From Marsupella aquatica (Eukaryota; Plantae; Marchantiophyta), in contig OZ316892.1 of NCBI GenBank assembly GCA_973895155.1, forward strand, positions 18,280,357-18,344,356: DNA of 64,000 nucleotides, written 5' to 3'. Below the pieces are notes generated by a model. It was not told the origin of the DNA. It ran no database searches and was given only the letters and a program-made list of their open reading frames with translations. Each line of letters begins with the position of its first letter. Positions within the stretch are counted from its first letter, which is position 1. Both the position numbers and the translations under genes were made by a program. Positions 24,626-38,206 of this stretch are shown here, piece by piece.

Positions 24626-27218
24626 TTCGGAATGGAAGAACAGTGATCTTGCAAAAAGCTCTCAACTTGGCCACTAAACCAAAGTAGGGCAAATTCAGGG
24701 AGTTGAGCATCTGCTAGCAAGATGAGAAGCTGCAGCCATCGCTCTATCCCTCCGGCTTTGTACCGCTCCCAACCCATCTCCGCAGGATACCGTTCGGAAT
24801 CGACTCCGAGTTCCACAAGTTGTTGATAGTACTCATCAAAGATCTGTCTTTCATTCTGTCTGCGGAATTTGATGGAGGTGTTGCTTATCATGAACTGCGC
24901 AAGCTCTGTGAATGGGCATCCCATCCCAACTTCGGACCAGTCCACCATGACAGCTTGGTCTTTGCTTTGGTCAGTCCTCCAAAGAATATTGCCTGCACAG
25001 AAGATCCATCCAGGTTTAGAGTCTATGAATGGGTCTTGCGCATTCTGCCTCTCTAGAACAATACATCAGTCACTAATGCTATCTCCACAACATAATTTCA
25101 CACAATTCTGCCCCCTTAGAACAATGCATCCAAGTCGTCCACGCTTTCTGCACAACATAATTTCACAGCATATCGTCTCTAATGAAGTATTGCTCAACTT
25201 GGTAACACATGAATTCTCCGTTCACAACAGTAGAAATGTAGGCTGAAAGCTCCCATAAGCTTTTTGGACCGAGTCCTTGACACCCCCTAGTAGTCCAAAA
25301 GACCACGACAGTAACACCCCCTACTAGTCCCAAGAAATAGAGAATGAAAGCTTCCTGTAAGCTTTTGGACTGCAACCCACACCCTGGTAGCCCCAACAGA
25401 CTACCCGGCCTTCGCACTTATGCTCGATAACATTTCCAATGAAACCCATTTGCTATCCACAATACTATGCAACCATCTCACTTATGCTTGACAGCACTCT
25501 CACCCAACATCATTTTTTATTGGCCCACTGCCCAACCATCTCACTTATGCTCGAGAACACTTCTACCCAAGATCACTTACTATTGACAATATTGGACTAG
25601 GACATAATTATACAGTGCTTTTGACCCGCCCTACAGTAGCAATCCTTGAAGCATCCCCACCCGTCTCAGGGAATGCCTCGCCAGCAGCAACTTTAGCGAG
25701 AGGTGCTCTCGCTAAAGCCCTTCTTCAATCCCCACAGTGCCATGAAAAATGGATTAACCCGGGCTCCAGTCCAGCCAGATTACGCCTACCATGCCCCAGA
25801 ACTGTCGAGTACCCAGCATGGAGTAGCAGCCCCCACCCAGTCTCCGAGCCAAAGTGTGTGGCAAGCACCTTTAATCATCAATTCTCTGCAGAAACTTCAC
25901 TGTATCCTCTTATAGGAGCTCCCCACTCCACTCATTCATCCTGTACAGAATATAGGTTATAGGTGGGTAACCATTTCTAGTCCACACTCCTATTCTCATA
26001 ATTTGGTACCCAAAGGAAGAAGTCCAATAAATTACCAGAAGAGAGAAGTTCAATGATCAATTACCCCCAGGAAGAAGTCCAGTGACAGTCACGGAGAGAG
26101 TAAAGGAATGGACACACTAAATTACCAGAAGAGAGAAGTTCAATGACAATTACCCAAAGGAAGAAGTCCAGTGACAGTCACACAGAAAGGAAAGGAAAGG
26201 AAAGGAAAGGAAAGGGTTTACCTGCGTGGAAATCGCCGTGGGTGAGAGTGAAGCAGCTCGCCGTCCTCTTCTCAGCTCCGAGACTCACGACGCCATTTTC
26301 TCGTTGCCACAGTCTCCAGTGAGTCGCGCGCAGCAAGCTCTCGACTGCCCGTCTCTGCAGCTTCGTGAAGACTTTGGCTCCCAAATCGCTGGAGATCAAT
26401 TCGACCCAGCGCGCACTCATATTCTCGAACGCCGCCTCCCAACTCCACCGCCCGTCGCCATTGCGCCACTTCACCCCTCGCATCCACTCCTCCTTCAGCA
26501 GCGACTCGTCCATCCAGAAGCGCGCGTGCACCTTCGCCATTTCGTGGAAGATCGTCCGCACAACCTCGAGCTCGGAGATGTGCTGCACCGATTCGGGTAA
26601 TGGCGTCGGTGGCGGCCCCCAGCATTGGTTTCCGAGCATCTGGCTCGCGGGCACGGCTTTCCCTGTGAGGTCTTCCATGACGATGACGAACGCTCCTGTG
26701 AGCAGCGAGCCGCGGCTGTGGTACACTTCCGGCAAGATGGAGGCGAAGATTGATTCGTGCCGCGGCGCGAATTCGTCGTAGAAGATGGCCTCTCGTGCGT
26801 TTTGGAGGTACTTGCTGTGGAAACGAGCTTCGAAGCTGGATTTCTCGCTCTTGACAATTAGAGATCGTGGAAATTGAGCTACGGGAGGAGATTCGTCCGG
26901 TTTAGGGCTTGTCTTCTCTTGTTGTTGTTGTGGCTCGTTCTCTGGAGAATACTGGATAATGATCTTGTAAATGAGCCCAACCAGGCCTCTGCCCGGCAAT
27001 GTCTCGGACGATCTTGTGATGGCGTCGATCGGCGGGGGAGAGCGTCCGAATTTGCTCTCCAGCAGGCGACGGACCCCGGCCAAGGTGGTCGGATTGTCTT
27101 CCTCCTTGCCGAGGACGCCGAGGCCGCGCATTGTGCGTGTGCACTGGCAGAAGAGGTACGAGAGAAGCGCCTGTAGCCAGATCCATAAGTTGAAAATCTC
27201 TGTCCCGTAGATCATCAT
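24589..27218 (-). CDS. APH / choline-kinase / ecdysteroid-kinase-like small-molecule phosphotransferase; exons 26222-27218 and 24589-24992
   Basis: The spliced product has a Gly-rich loop (GRGLVG), SLIVK, REAIFY, VIVMEDL, AKVHARFW, the Brenner motif LTHGDFHAG|NIL split by a GT-AG intron, and VMVDW (DFG equivalent). Confidence 0.85.
26020..26215. repeat. Intronic ~90-bp direct repeat plus (GGAAA)n microsatellite next to the kinase donor site
   Basis: aattaccagaagagagaagttcaatga...ggaagaagtccagtgacagtcac occurs twice; gaaaggaaaggaaagg run at ~26185-26213. Confidence 0.8.
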
Positions 27219-27579
27219 CTTGCGAGCACTGTCGACCGAAAGTGAATTCGAATTGAGCACCTTCTAATCGATAATAAGATCAAAAGACACGAGCAATGTA
27301 GCTCGATAGTTGTTACCCTCAAAATCAGTCGCGCTCAGCTGATTTTCCAATGCAGGACAATCCTTCTCAGCAGCTCATCCGTCTTCGATATCTTCAAGCA
27401 ACATGTAGCTAGTGGCCTCGATCAGCGAACAAACAATGCGGAAGTGGCTCGATTTCACTTTCACCGCCACCGGTTCTCCGTTGAAGTGCTTCAACGCTTT
27501 TGAAAGTTGGAATCAGCTCAAACCCGGCTACTACTCTACTCAATTCAGCTCCACAGTTCCGCAGAACGCGCGGCCTGAA

Positions 27580-28060
27580 GCCAGAGTCCTAGGGAATTCC
27601 CTAAAAATTCGCAAAACAAGGCAATTGCACTCTAGAAACCACGAATGAGAAGAACCGGCCAGATTCCTAAGGGAGATGGAAATTCCTCAATCTTCAAAAA
27701 ACAATGCCGTTGCACTCTAGAATGTGTTCTTGAGAAAAAATTCCCTAATGCTCGGTCTGATGCCAGAATCGCCAGAATCCTAGGGAAATGGAACTTTCCT
27801 AAAAAATTCCAAAACCAATGCCGTTGCACTCTAGAACGCATAAATGCGAAATAATAAAACTAGTAAGAGAAATTCTCTAATGCTCGGCCTGATGCTAGAG
27901 CCCTAGTAGGGAAATGGAAACTCGCTAAAAATTCGCAAAACAATGCAGTTGCAATCTAGAAATCATGAATAAGACGAACATGCCAGTGTGGTAGGAAAAT
28001 GAGAATTCCTCATAATTCCAAAAAACAATGCCGTTGCACTCTCGAACGCATAAATGAGAA
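27580..28060. repeat. Five-copy degenerate tandem repeat (~85-125-bp spacing) upstream of the kinase-like gene
   Basis: Core caatgccgttgcactctagaa (with variants) at ~27617, 27702, 27817, 27941 and 28026, each preceded by ggaaat..cctaaaaattc-like sequence. Confidence 0.85.
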
Positions 28061-29149
28061 AGAAAAAGTACGAGTACGAAGACACTCAGCGACTGCCGGT
28101 TGTAATTCCCTGCAATGGAAAGAAAAGAACGAAGACTCTAGGAACTGCACGGAGCTAATAAGAGTTTTTGTCTCAGCACAGCAGTCAACGGCCGGAGTTA
28201 CAGACTGCTCAACGCAAAAGACGTTAGGGCTGTGAGGGAGGGGGGTATGTAAACATGTACAGATTGGACATAAAATGCCGAAGACGCTCTTCCTCCGCAC
28301 GAGAAAGTGCACGAGTGTGGATGGAAACCGGGGAGAGTGCCACAGTACCAGTACCGTAGCCGACACGAGAAATCAGAGCAAGATGAATCAATTTCCTCGC
28401 CTGCCATGGAACGGGTGCGCCACTGCTTTGCAATGTCAGTAGCAGCACGAGTGGGGCAAGAGTTCTGGTGTCAGCTGCTGCTCATCTCAAATTTCCCATC
28501 TCGAGGATTGTCCCGTTGCAGCACTCATTCCGTGGGGCAGAGAAATTGCATAACTATTGCAGTGGGGCTGCGACAGACAACGTCCGACAAAAGGGTTCCG
28601 ATTGCAATTCGGAAGAGTGAGCGATTTCGTGCACTCGAAGCAAAGCGCGTACCTTGAAAAAAAGTGACATCCGAATGTTTTGTATGCGGAAGTTCGTGTT
28701 TAGATTTTGAAAACGAGGTTTATTAGGGCCTCTAAGCAAATTACTGGTATTCCAAATCGAGATTTTGCTGTTTTGTTTTATTAAACCGCCACTAGCCAAG
28801 ATTTTGTTATTTTGTTTTTGTTTTCTTAAACCTCCACTAGCCAAGATTTTGATATTTTGATTTTTGTTTTCTTTGAAAACGCCAGCTAGCCAAGACAAAA
28901 AGGAGGTTACACATATTTCACCACTTTCAGTACTATTTTTTCCAAAATTGTGTAGCAAAGTCTCACAAATAAGAATGTGAAAAAGTGAGAAATTTTGGAC
29001 ACTCCTTTTATAGGACCAGTGGTGGTTTAAACCAAACCACCTCTCGCTAAGTGTCCAATACTTGTATCTTTTCCAGATTCCATTCACTTTTCTCCTCTAC
29101 CATAGCAATGCTCTATGATTTCAGGAAAACATTATTTTTGATGGTAACT

Positions 29150-29340
29150 ACAGTAACCCTTAGCTTAGCTTTTAAAGGGGCAGGTGTGATTTAAGTAAAG
29201 GGCTATGAAAAAAATTACTAATGGTAACCCCTAGCTTTTAAAAGGGCAGGTGTGATTTAAGTAAAGGGCTATGGTGTACTGGTTAATCTAGAGGCCATCA
29301 GGGCAAAGACCAGCAGGGCAAAGACCAGCAGGGCACAAAA
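29150..29340. repeat. Local ~50-bp duplication and short cagggcaaagaccag repeats
   Basis: tagcttttaaa.gggcaggtgtgatttaagtaaagggctatg occurs twice. Confidence 0.75.
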
Positions 29341-29869
29341 AAGAACAAACCTAAAGGCCAGATCACACAACAGCTGAAAACCCAAAGGATCCTAGGATCA
29401 CTCTAAAACACCCTAAGATTCCAATAGCTAATACAGTAGATGGGTGAACAATCCCGTCCTCGCCGATCAAGAGGTCAAAAGAGCAAGGGTGTCTATGACG
29501 CCCAGAAATTGAGATCCAGGCCCTACCCTGACTTCCTTCCTGCCCTCCTGTTTTAAAAACGCAAGCCCAATGACAAAGCTGCCCCTCCTTTTTCACGCTC
29601 AGCTCCTTCCCCTCCATTTTGGAACCAGGGCCCGCTTGATTCTCACATTGTGTGGCAACAGCACCTTGTCATGTGGCAGACAACTAGTGCCAAATAACCT
29701 TGGGTTAAGTACAAGAGAAAGAGTAAGGCATATACCAAATGGGGGTCAAGGTAATAATAAAAATAGTTTGGGGGACAGATTGAGAGGACAAGGTACTGTA
29801 GTTAAACACACTTTTAGGTTCTTGGGTTTACCTTTGCACACTTCTTCCTGTTTAATGCTTGTCCACTTT

Positions 29870-30320
29870 AAGACTATTGCTTTTTCTTCATTGTATTGTG
29901 GAGCCCTTTTGTATCTCCGTATCTTGAGTGGACTTAAAATTAATCTGTAAGGAAACCCTTTTGTGTCTCTGTTTCGAGTTTGGTGTTCTCCGCTTTGTAC
30001 CTCTTTTGCTTTTTGTATCTCTGTTTCTTGAGTGTTCATAAAATTCATCTGTAAGAATCCCCTTTTGTGTTTCTGCTTCGAGTTTTGCGTTCTCCGCTTT
30101 GAAGCTCTATTGCTGTTTCTATCATAGTATTGTCTGGCCCTTCTGTATCTCTGTTTCTTGAGTGGACGTAATATTCATCAGTAACGAAACGCTTTTTGTG
30201 TCTCTGCGTTGAGTATATTGTTCTCAGCTTTGGATCTCTTTTGCTTTTTCTTCATGGTACTGTGGCAATTCTGTATCTCTCGAGTGGACGTAAACTTCAT
30301 CTGTAAGGAAATCCTTTTCT
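29870..30320. repeat. Degenerate ~105-130-bp tandem repeat (3-4 copies)
   Basis: Recurring tgtatctct...gagtggac.taa..ttcatctgtaaggaa...cttttgtgtctctg...gttctccgctttg. Confidence 0.8.
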
Positions 30321-31906
30321 CTGGTGAGTAAAAGAAAAATACATGTGTGAGTAACCGTTACCCATACATCACAATCTTAGCAGAGGTGGTATGTTGGAGT
30401 ACTTCCAAGTAATAACGTAGTGTAAGGTTCACTTGGCCACGGACATGGGAAATTCTCAACATCAACTAGGGGATTATCGTCAACTTCTCGACATCAAGTT
30501 GGGGAATATCGACTTCTGCCTTTCGAGTGTATATATATTCTTGTACATCAAGCAGCGGCAATATCTTCTCACTTCACCCAATTTCTTTGTGATCGAATTT
30601 CTCGATATCCACTAGGAAGGTAAGTAAGAAGTGACAATATCTTATCAGTATCCAATTTTTCTCGTCGATCAAGGAAGGTGGTAGTATTGGATCCAATACA
30701 AATCTCAGTTTGGTTGTATGGATGAAATTTCAGATGAGTGATTTTGTTCCTTCTACTGAAAAGTAGCTGAGGCAAGAAGAGTTAGAAGCAGTCCAAGTTG
30801 CATACCTTCAAACATGACAAGGACCTTTCTGGTTACAGTAATGTAACTATCTTTCCTTCCCAAGAGATCTCAATACTATCAATAATGACGAGACATTTTC
30901 GGCTTGACTTGTGATCCCTGCAAGACGAATCAAAATCCACGGCAAATGTGAAACAAACCAATCCAAACTATGCAGAACTTATCTTGAAGATCCCCAACTC
31001 ACAAGATTTCATGGACCAAAAAAATTCCAACAGAAGCAGGAATCCATAGCGTGCTCAAAAGACGATACGAAAGCTTCCCTTCAAGTAGAGGGAAGTGCCA
31101 TTCCCCTTAGTTTAAACATCTCGATGACCAAAAAAAATTGGAGTTGGTCAGTACAATTCTCACTAATTAACAATAAATCCCAACTGGGGGCACTTCTATG
31201 ACGGGATTCCGGCTCATCAGTAGCATGCCAGGATACTACTAGCTTATCAGTCCAGTAAAGATTTCCTTCCGTCTCGAAATTTGTATCTGCGGATCCTCTC
31301 TTGCAAGCGCAGTGGGGAGCTGTCGCACTGATCCCTATGCTGCTTTGAATCGTGCCATGTAAAAATGCGAAGTTATTTTCGGGGGAACAAAAAACCAAAA
31401 GATCTGTACAAAAAGAATGTGATCTAGGGAAAATCTAGTCCCTAGGGGCCGCTTGTTTGGCAAAGTGTACTTGAAATTTGTATCCCCAAGCATCAGGCCA
31501 GAATAGTTAAGGCCTTCCAGACTTCTTTTCTGTTGCATCGGACCAAAAAACCATGCAGACTCCAATTGAGGTAATGCCCAGCTGCCTGCCTGCATTGAGA
31601 ACCTAAGCTATGGGGAGCGCCCTGGAGTAACAATAATGTGTCGCTGGTAATATCCAACGCTTCTCGGGAATCGCAGCAAGGAGATTTACACTCTTCGTCG
31701 ATGGCGGTGGAACTGAGTATCAATGAATAGTAAAAGCTTTCACAGCTCTGCAACAGAAACATTGCAAGATGAAAGTCGTGAGTGTCCGCCATATCTTACA
31801 GTCGAGTATATTACACAGAAGATGGGGAGTCTACCACAGAAGAAGTCCCCATCAATAAGCACGGATTCGTCCGACCCAATTGGGATAATAAAATGATAAC
31901 GATCTC

Positions 31907-34535
31907 TCAGTGTCTGCCGTTTAGTAAACGCTGCGTGAGAGATCCTGCAGTGAGCAAACAGAAATTTTCATTCAGTTGAATTGACCCAAGTGACGCAAGG
32001 GTTCACTGACATCAATCCTTCGACTTCCATGGAACGAGACAATCTCCTTCCTTTCAACTTCGAATTCATTCTGAGAATCAATTCGTAACCATTTAGGTTT
32101 GACAATTCACGTCGTTCTCACAGTCAAAAGTATCATGCAGCTCACTTTTTCCGCCAGACCATGCAGCAAACTCAAGCACACTTGAAATCTACAAGACAAG
32201 ACGAGATTGCGCTGTGGACAGGGAAACGACGAATGAATTGAAGAGAACATGAGAACAAACCTCCAACGCCGTCTGCCTGCCCCAATTGTGTGTGGAAGGC
32301 GGGACGGGCTTTCTGGATCTTTTCAGCCACCTCACCAATCACAAGTCGGGTCAATAGCAGTCCAGCCATAAGAGCTGCCGCCATGAGGAACAGAAACACA
32401 TAATCCCAGCTGAGCTCAGAGATATATCCTGTCAACAGGGGGCCGATAGCTGCCCCGACTGAGCCCGTGCCGTCAATGATAGCTGTAACAGTGGCAAGCG
32501 CCCGGGGATTCCCTCTCAGGGACGTGTGAGTTCCAAGATCTGCTGAAACCGCAGTTGTGATGAGGGCGTAAGGGCCATTCACCAGCATCCCCGCAATCAT
32601 CATGAGTGCAATGTTCACCGTGAAGGAAACACTCCCATAAATTCTGTACAAGTAGAGAGCCGGAATGGCAGCATACATGAATCCCGCAGCTATGATCGCA
32701 CGCGCATTCAATCTGTCCGAAAGATGACCGGCGAGAATGCCACCAATCACTCCCCCAACATCAAAGAGCGTGGAAAGTCTGCCAGCCGTTTTATCGTCCA
32801 GATAACCGCCGGCAATTTCTGCAAGAGTAGCCAAACAACAGTTTCTCTTCAGTATATAGACTCAAACAACACGAACCAGTGCTTAAATCCTGAATCTATT
32901 GCATCCAATTTGGCCCTCACTAAGGACCCTCACATCTTTTGAAATCTGTAGGGATAACGTCTCTACGGCGCCCTTAAAATTGGAATCGGAGGTAAGATTT
33001 GGGTAACATGGCATCACCTGCCGTGCAACTCAATCCTTGGCCTTCCACGAATCTAGCATTAATTTAAAGGCCCGGACTCAGAAATTCTTGAAAGTGCGGT
33101 CGAAACAAAGTACTTCTAATATATCGGGAAGAAGCGCATCTGCAAAAGGCTTAATAATTCGGAGTTTCCTGTCCTAGAAGAAATCCTCCGGTGACAACAA
33201 TCTAGAGAAGAATTACACAGCACGCAAGACTGCCACCAAAAAGATTTCAAGAGAAAGATCAATACTTGTCTGTGTGATGTAGAAAGGAAGCCAATTCAGG
33301 AATGTGTACGCCACCAGCTTGGCAAAGAACAGGCAGAAAGCGAAAGGGGCGACTCCAGGAATATTCCAAGCCTGCACGAAACCAACAGCCCCATGATGAA
33401 TTGGCGAGTCCTCCTCCTGTTCCTCGGTCCTCTGCAAAAGTCCGCTCTCTTCGTCCGCTCTACCTGTATCTGCACCGTTCACACCTTGGGTGCTGACTTC
33501 AAGACCAGGCTCTGGATCATCCTTCACCAGTCCAGCCTCTTCGTCGCGCTTCTCCAAGAATCCAACCGAATCTGCAATTCTGGGAGGAATAGAGTTGTGT
33601 TCCTTCGCAGAATCCTCGTGAACGACAAGGCCCACATCCGCCGGCTCTACCACCAGGAAAAAAAACATGAGAAACCCTCCAGCAACTTGGAGCAGTCCAG
33701 GGAGGAGGAATGACCATCCCCAACCATAAGCAAGCCCTGCAGCTGCCAAAAGCGACCCTGTAATGTTCCCAACTGAGGTGTGAGCATTCCAGACACCCAT
33801 GATCAACCCTCTGTGCCCTTTCCCGAACCATTTCCCGACAATGGACACCACTGAGGGCCATCCTGTCGACTGCAGCACCCCGGCCAACATTTGCACCCCC
33901 AGGAAATAGTAGATGGAATGAATGTTAAACCAGTATCCGAATCCAAACATACACACAAAAAAACCGCTCCCAACCATCCCCAATGTGAGGAAGTACCGCA
34001 AGTCGAGCCTGTCTCCCAGCTGGCCGGCAAAATACATTCCAACGGCGTACGACGCTAGAAAGGAAAGATCGACATCGCCTAGCAAACCCTTCCCTCCCTT
34101 CTCGTTGAAAGGAGCCCATCCTGCCAACGACCCTGCCCCAGAACCAGACGCGGATGATCCATTCTCGGCTTGGAACCTCGTGCCATGCACCCGATCATAG
34201 TACCAGTGGCCGTGGTGAGATTCGTTAGCACTCGACTGCCTTGTAACGAGGTGATTGACAGGTAAGAATGGATACAAGGCGACATGAGTTGTTCCATTGA
34301 GTCCAGCGGCATTATTATCATAATCGACGTCGTCGAGCACACTCTTGACAATGCTGAAAGGTTTCCGCGAAGCGTGGTAACATGCATATGCAATGAAGGT
34401 CATGAACAGGACGGAGTATTTGTACGTGTTGAGGCTCGCGTCCTTGCCTCTAAGTCTTCTAATCACCCGAACGCCGATGGGCGGGCCTCTCTTCACGGCA
34501 CCATCGTCCTCTGGAAGGACCAAAGGCGGAATCAT
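31907..34535 (-). CDS. Glycerol-3-phosphate permease (G3Pp) / SLC37-like sugar-phosphate exchanger, MFS; exons 33266-34535, 32261-32818 and probably 31907-31944
   Basis: Motifs [86 protein letters not shown] and [13 protein letters not shown]. The short last exon ([12 protein letters not shown]) is less certain. Confidence 0.95.
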
Positions 34536-36164
34536 TTTCTCCGCACTAGATCCCAACGCCTCAAGCGCTCCCTCTCGATCGAACAGGAAAAACGACACAC
34601 GGAAGTCCCCCCGAGAATTTCTTTCTCACATGACAACAGAGCGGATGATACAATCCAAACACAGAGAAAGCCTCCGAAGAGGAAGAATGTCTACAGAAAG
34701 AGAGAGCACACAAGAGACGAAACCGAAAACTTCTCTCCCATGATCACTACCATGACCGTGAGGATTCTATCCCGCGCAGACAGCGAAATTCCACATAAGT
34801 CCGATTCTCGGATTGACACGGCGCAACGCAGCAGCGCCACAATTTCCAAATTAGGTGGAGTGGAGGAGAAAAGGAAGACGAGACACTCATAGCCACCCAA
34901 GTCCAAGATAAATCAATCAACGCCGACAACGAACTGAGTAGAATCCCCAAAAGAAATCTCACTGACAACTCCCTTTACCTCGTCATCAGACAGTAGGACC
35001 GGACGCTATGCGAACCGACAGGCCCACAATCAAACGTCTGCCAGACGGAGGAGCAGGAGAAGGGATCGGAGACGAAGGGAAGGGGGAAGGCAAGCGGAAG
35101 GGGGAAAAAACGCATACAACACAGCATAGCAAGAGGCTCAGATCAAGAGACGAGCTCTGATAAAGCTGCCCGAAGAACCATGATCACACTTCTCTGCTAC
35201 TGGAAGCCGCATCTTTCTTCTAATACTCACAGATCAGTGAATTGCGCAGATACGCCCTGGGGCCTCTCTCACTTCTTCAGAAGCCACTGAACTCCTCGAG
35301 CGCGGTCGCGCCGCCCCTACTTCTGTGCTACTACTCAAGGAAACAATTACCACGCTTTCCTTCTTGTTGCGGTTGGGGTGGGACCGCTGAGCCGGTGGCG
35401 TTTGAAGTTCATTCACGTCGAAGGCGGAAGGAGCATGATTCCATCGCTGCTGCCCGATTAGCACGCAGTCAATTCGAATTGAAACCTCGAGCAAAGCGGA
35501 GATTCGGAGAAGTGAGTCCAAAGAAAGGCATATGAGAGAGAGAGGAGAGAGAGGAGAGAGAGAGGGTTTTCCACAGGACTTTAGAAACATCTGCCTCTCG
35601 TGAAACCCGAGTCCGCTGTGACCGCCGGTCTGAAGGGGGGCAATAGCTCGGGTCAGGTCAAGCTGACCAGTGGTTCATTTGTTTGCTCAGAAGCTTTCCC
35701 CTCCTCCCGCCTCCTTGTTCTGTTCTCATGGCCTTCTTTCAAGAGAGGGTGTTCTCATGGCCTTCTTTCGAGAGAGAGTGGCAGAAGGTTCAGGCTTTCA
35801 CTATTATTCATAGGGCCAAGGCAATTCATTTGAGAACCTGAGAACCTCTAGACAGATTCTCCTTCATGACCATTCTATGGGGTTTACTCCAGAGTTCTAT
35901 TAGACTTTTCAGTTTATCACCTAATAGTGTTTTTTAGTTTGTTGCTTGTTTTTTAGTTTTTTGCTTTTGTGAGATGCTCCTTGACTTGTTGGGCCTCTTT
36001 GGTCTTCTTGGGGTCTTTCCTTCCTACCCCCCCCCCCCCCTTTATTTGGTTCTTTTGCCTTTGGGATCATGTCTCCTGGTTGGGCGCTCATGTCTTTTGG
36101 GCACTGTGTTATATATGACAAGGTTTTCATTAGGGGTGTCTTTAATCCTTGTCCAAAATTTGGG

Positions 36165-36410
36165 TTTTTATGAGGGCAACGTTTATAGGAACTTGGGGGG
36201 CACAAATGGTGAGTGTCCCCCACCCATTGCAACAGTGAGCTAGGGAAATTGTCTGTATTAAGGGCTGCCTGGCTTTACAAGAACTTGGGGGCACAAATGG
36301 TCACTGTTCACCCATTTCAAAAGTGAGCTAATAAAATTGTTTGTATTAAGGCTTGCTTTACAAGAACTTGTGGGTACAAATAGTCACTGTTCACCCGTTG
36401 CAAAAAGTTA
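36165..36410. repeat. Three-copy ~85-95-bp tandem repeat
   Basis: tttacaagaacttggggg(g)cacaaatggt....tgt....cacccattgcaa.agtgagcta repeated at ~36182, ~36273 and ~36357. Confidence 0.8.
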
Positions 36411-38206
36411 GATCAATCGCATACACTAAAGTTAAAATGCTAGTTCCAGAATAGAAACGGACCAGTATTCCATTCTTTAGACACTGCCAGCTCAAGAGGC
36501 TGTCTGAGTTTTTGATACAAAAAGCATTGCCACATATGCAGAAAAAAAAGACTTACAAGGGGCTCACTAGCAGGCAACTAGGTAGGTAATGGTTTTGTCA
36601 GATTGTGCCCCCAAAGTTCATGTAAAGTGAAGTTTGGTTTTTCTCACATTTGAATGGCTAATGTTGCAATTCAGTCCTATAAAGAAAAATATACCAGACT
36701 CCTACTATAGTTCTTGTAAAGCGCCCCTAATTGCATGCTGTGAGGGATGTTTTTCATTCTTGTCTAAATTTTTGGATTACAAATTGGGTCCTCTTTAGTG
36801 GTGTCTGTACTTTTTGTTTATTCCCTTCTGTATAATTTAATTTATGGTCATATCATATGTCATATGTACATGCAAGCAATGTTGAATAGTAGACCCAATG
36901 TGCAACAATAAATGAGTTACCCACTAAGACTCTTCCAGAATAGCCATGCCTGACAACCAGTTAGGAATCCAAAATAGAGGTGGCCAAAATCAACACAAGT
37001 ACCCAATGTACTTTTTTTTTAATGCATTTCGTTTTCTGCTAGGGTGGGCAATGTCACCTTGTGTGAAGGAGAAGATGCTAAGGATATTCCTTGATTATCT
37101 GTGGGATCCAACTTTGTTGATTAGACTCTAAGATTAGAGATCATAGTAGGATTTTAGCTGGTGGGGTATGTGGCTAGGTGTGAAACTGCCTAATTGAAGA
37201 CCCCAAATTGACAAATTTTAGCCAAAAGTGGCGAAGGGTGGAATTTTGCAGTTATTGCCACTATCATTAAACGCTGCCAGTACCCCCAAAGTCACCCCAA
37301 GGCCCAAGCCCCAAGGGGAACTGCAGTGCGATTCAACCATGCTTCAATGATTCGAGCTTCCGCCGAATCCCTCCCCCCCCCCCCCCCCATTTTCTCTGGG
37401 GCTGTGCCCACCCTAAAATAGATACCCGCTACTACAAATGCCATTACCCCAAACTCGCTTTGGAGTCGTCGATTGCTGAAATCGACGATACATAAACCCA
37501 CAGCCAATTGTACATGGAAACGTGTACCTTCAGATTTGACGTATGGGGTTAATCTTTCAAAGAATCCTCTTAGAATATACTTATGTACCAGAGAGATATG
37601 CTAGCACGATAGGTCACCCCATTTGCAACTGGGACCACCATAGCAAGATATTCTTGTCCAAGTGGAATATTCATAGGGACGTGGCAATTGGCTTCCAGGT
37701 TTGCTGGAACTTTCTAACAACGCCCCTTAGACAATGTTCCACCTGTTTGTTAGCCTGTAATTGTTTTTTGTCTGGAGTGCACCGTTTGACAATTGTGCTT
37801 TTTTTTTGTTGCGTATGTTTGGAAGTTTGCGGAATTCTTTCCCAGGGTCTGGGAGCACCACCCTTGGGCAGAGGGCGACTCAGAAATTCATGTGTTCATT
37901 GCTACAAAAGTGTTGCACCTATTGACTGGCTTTACTGGTCATGGTAATTGCACATCAAAAACCCACAGCCAGATATGTATTTAGAATAGCCCTCACTTAC
38001 CCAGATGACACTACAATAGTCTAAATATTGCCAATTGTGTGGCTCTGTTCTGGTGTAGTTTCCCCTTAGCTTTTTAAGAATCAATGGGGAAAACAATACC
38101 AGATCCACTAACTCAGTCTTGGACCCTCCCTTGCTCCTATTCTGTATCCTATACTTTCCTCATATATATCACACTGCCAAAAACTGAAGTCACCCCTACC
38201 AGAGTA

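Noticed and set aside
30400-31800. Coding-like fragments downstream of the G3P permease (e.g. RKCLVIIDSIE, Walker-B-like)
   Set aside because: Too short and stop-ridden to assign; no Walker A or other supporting motif found.
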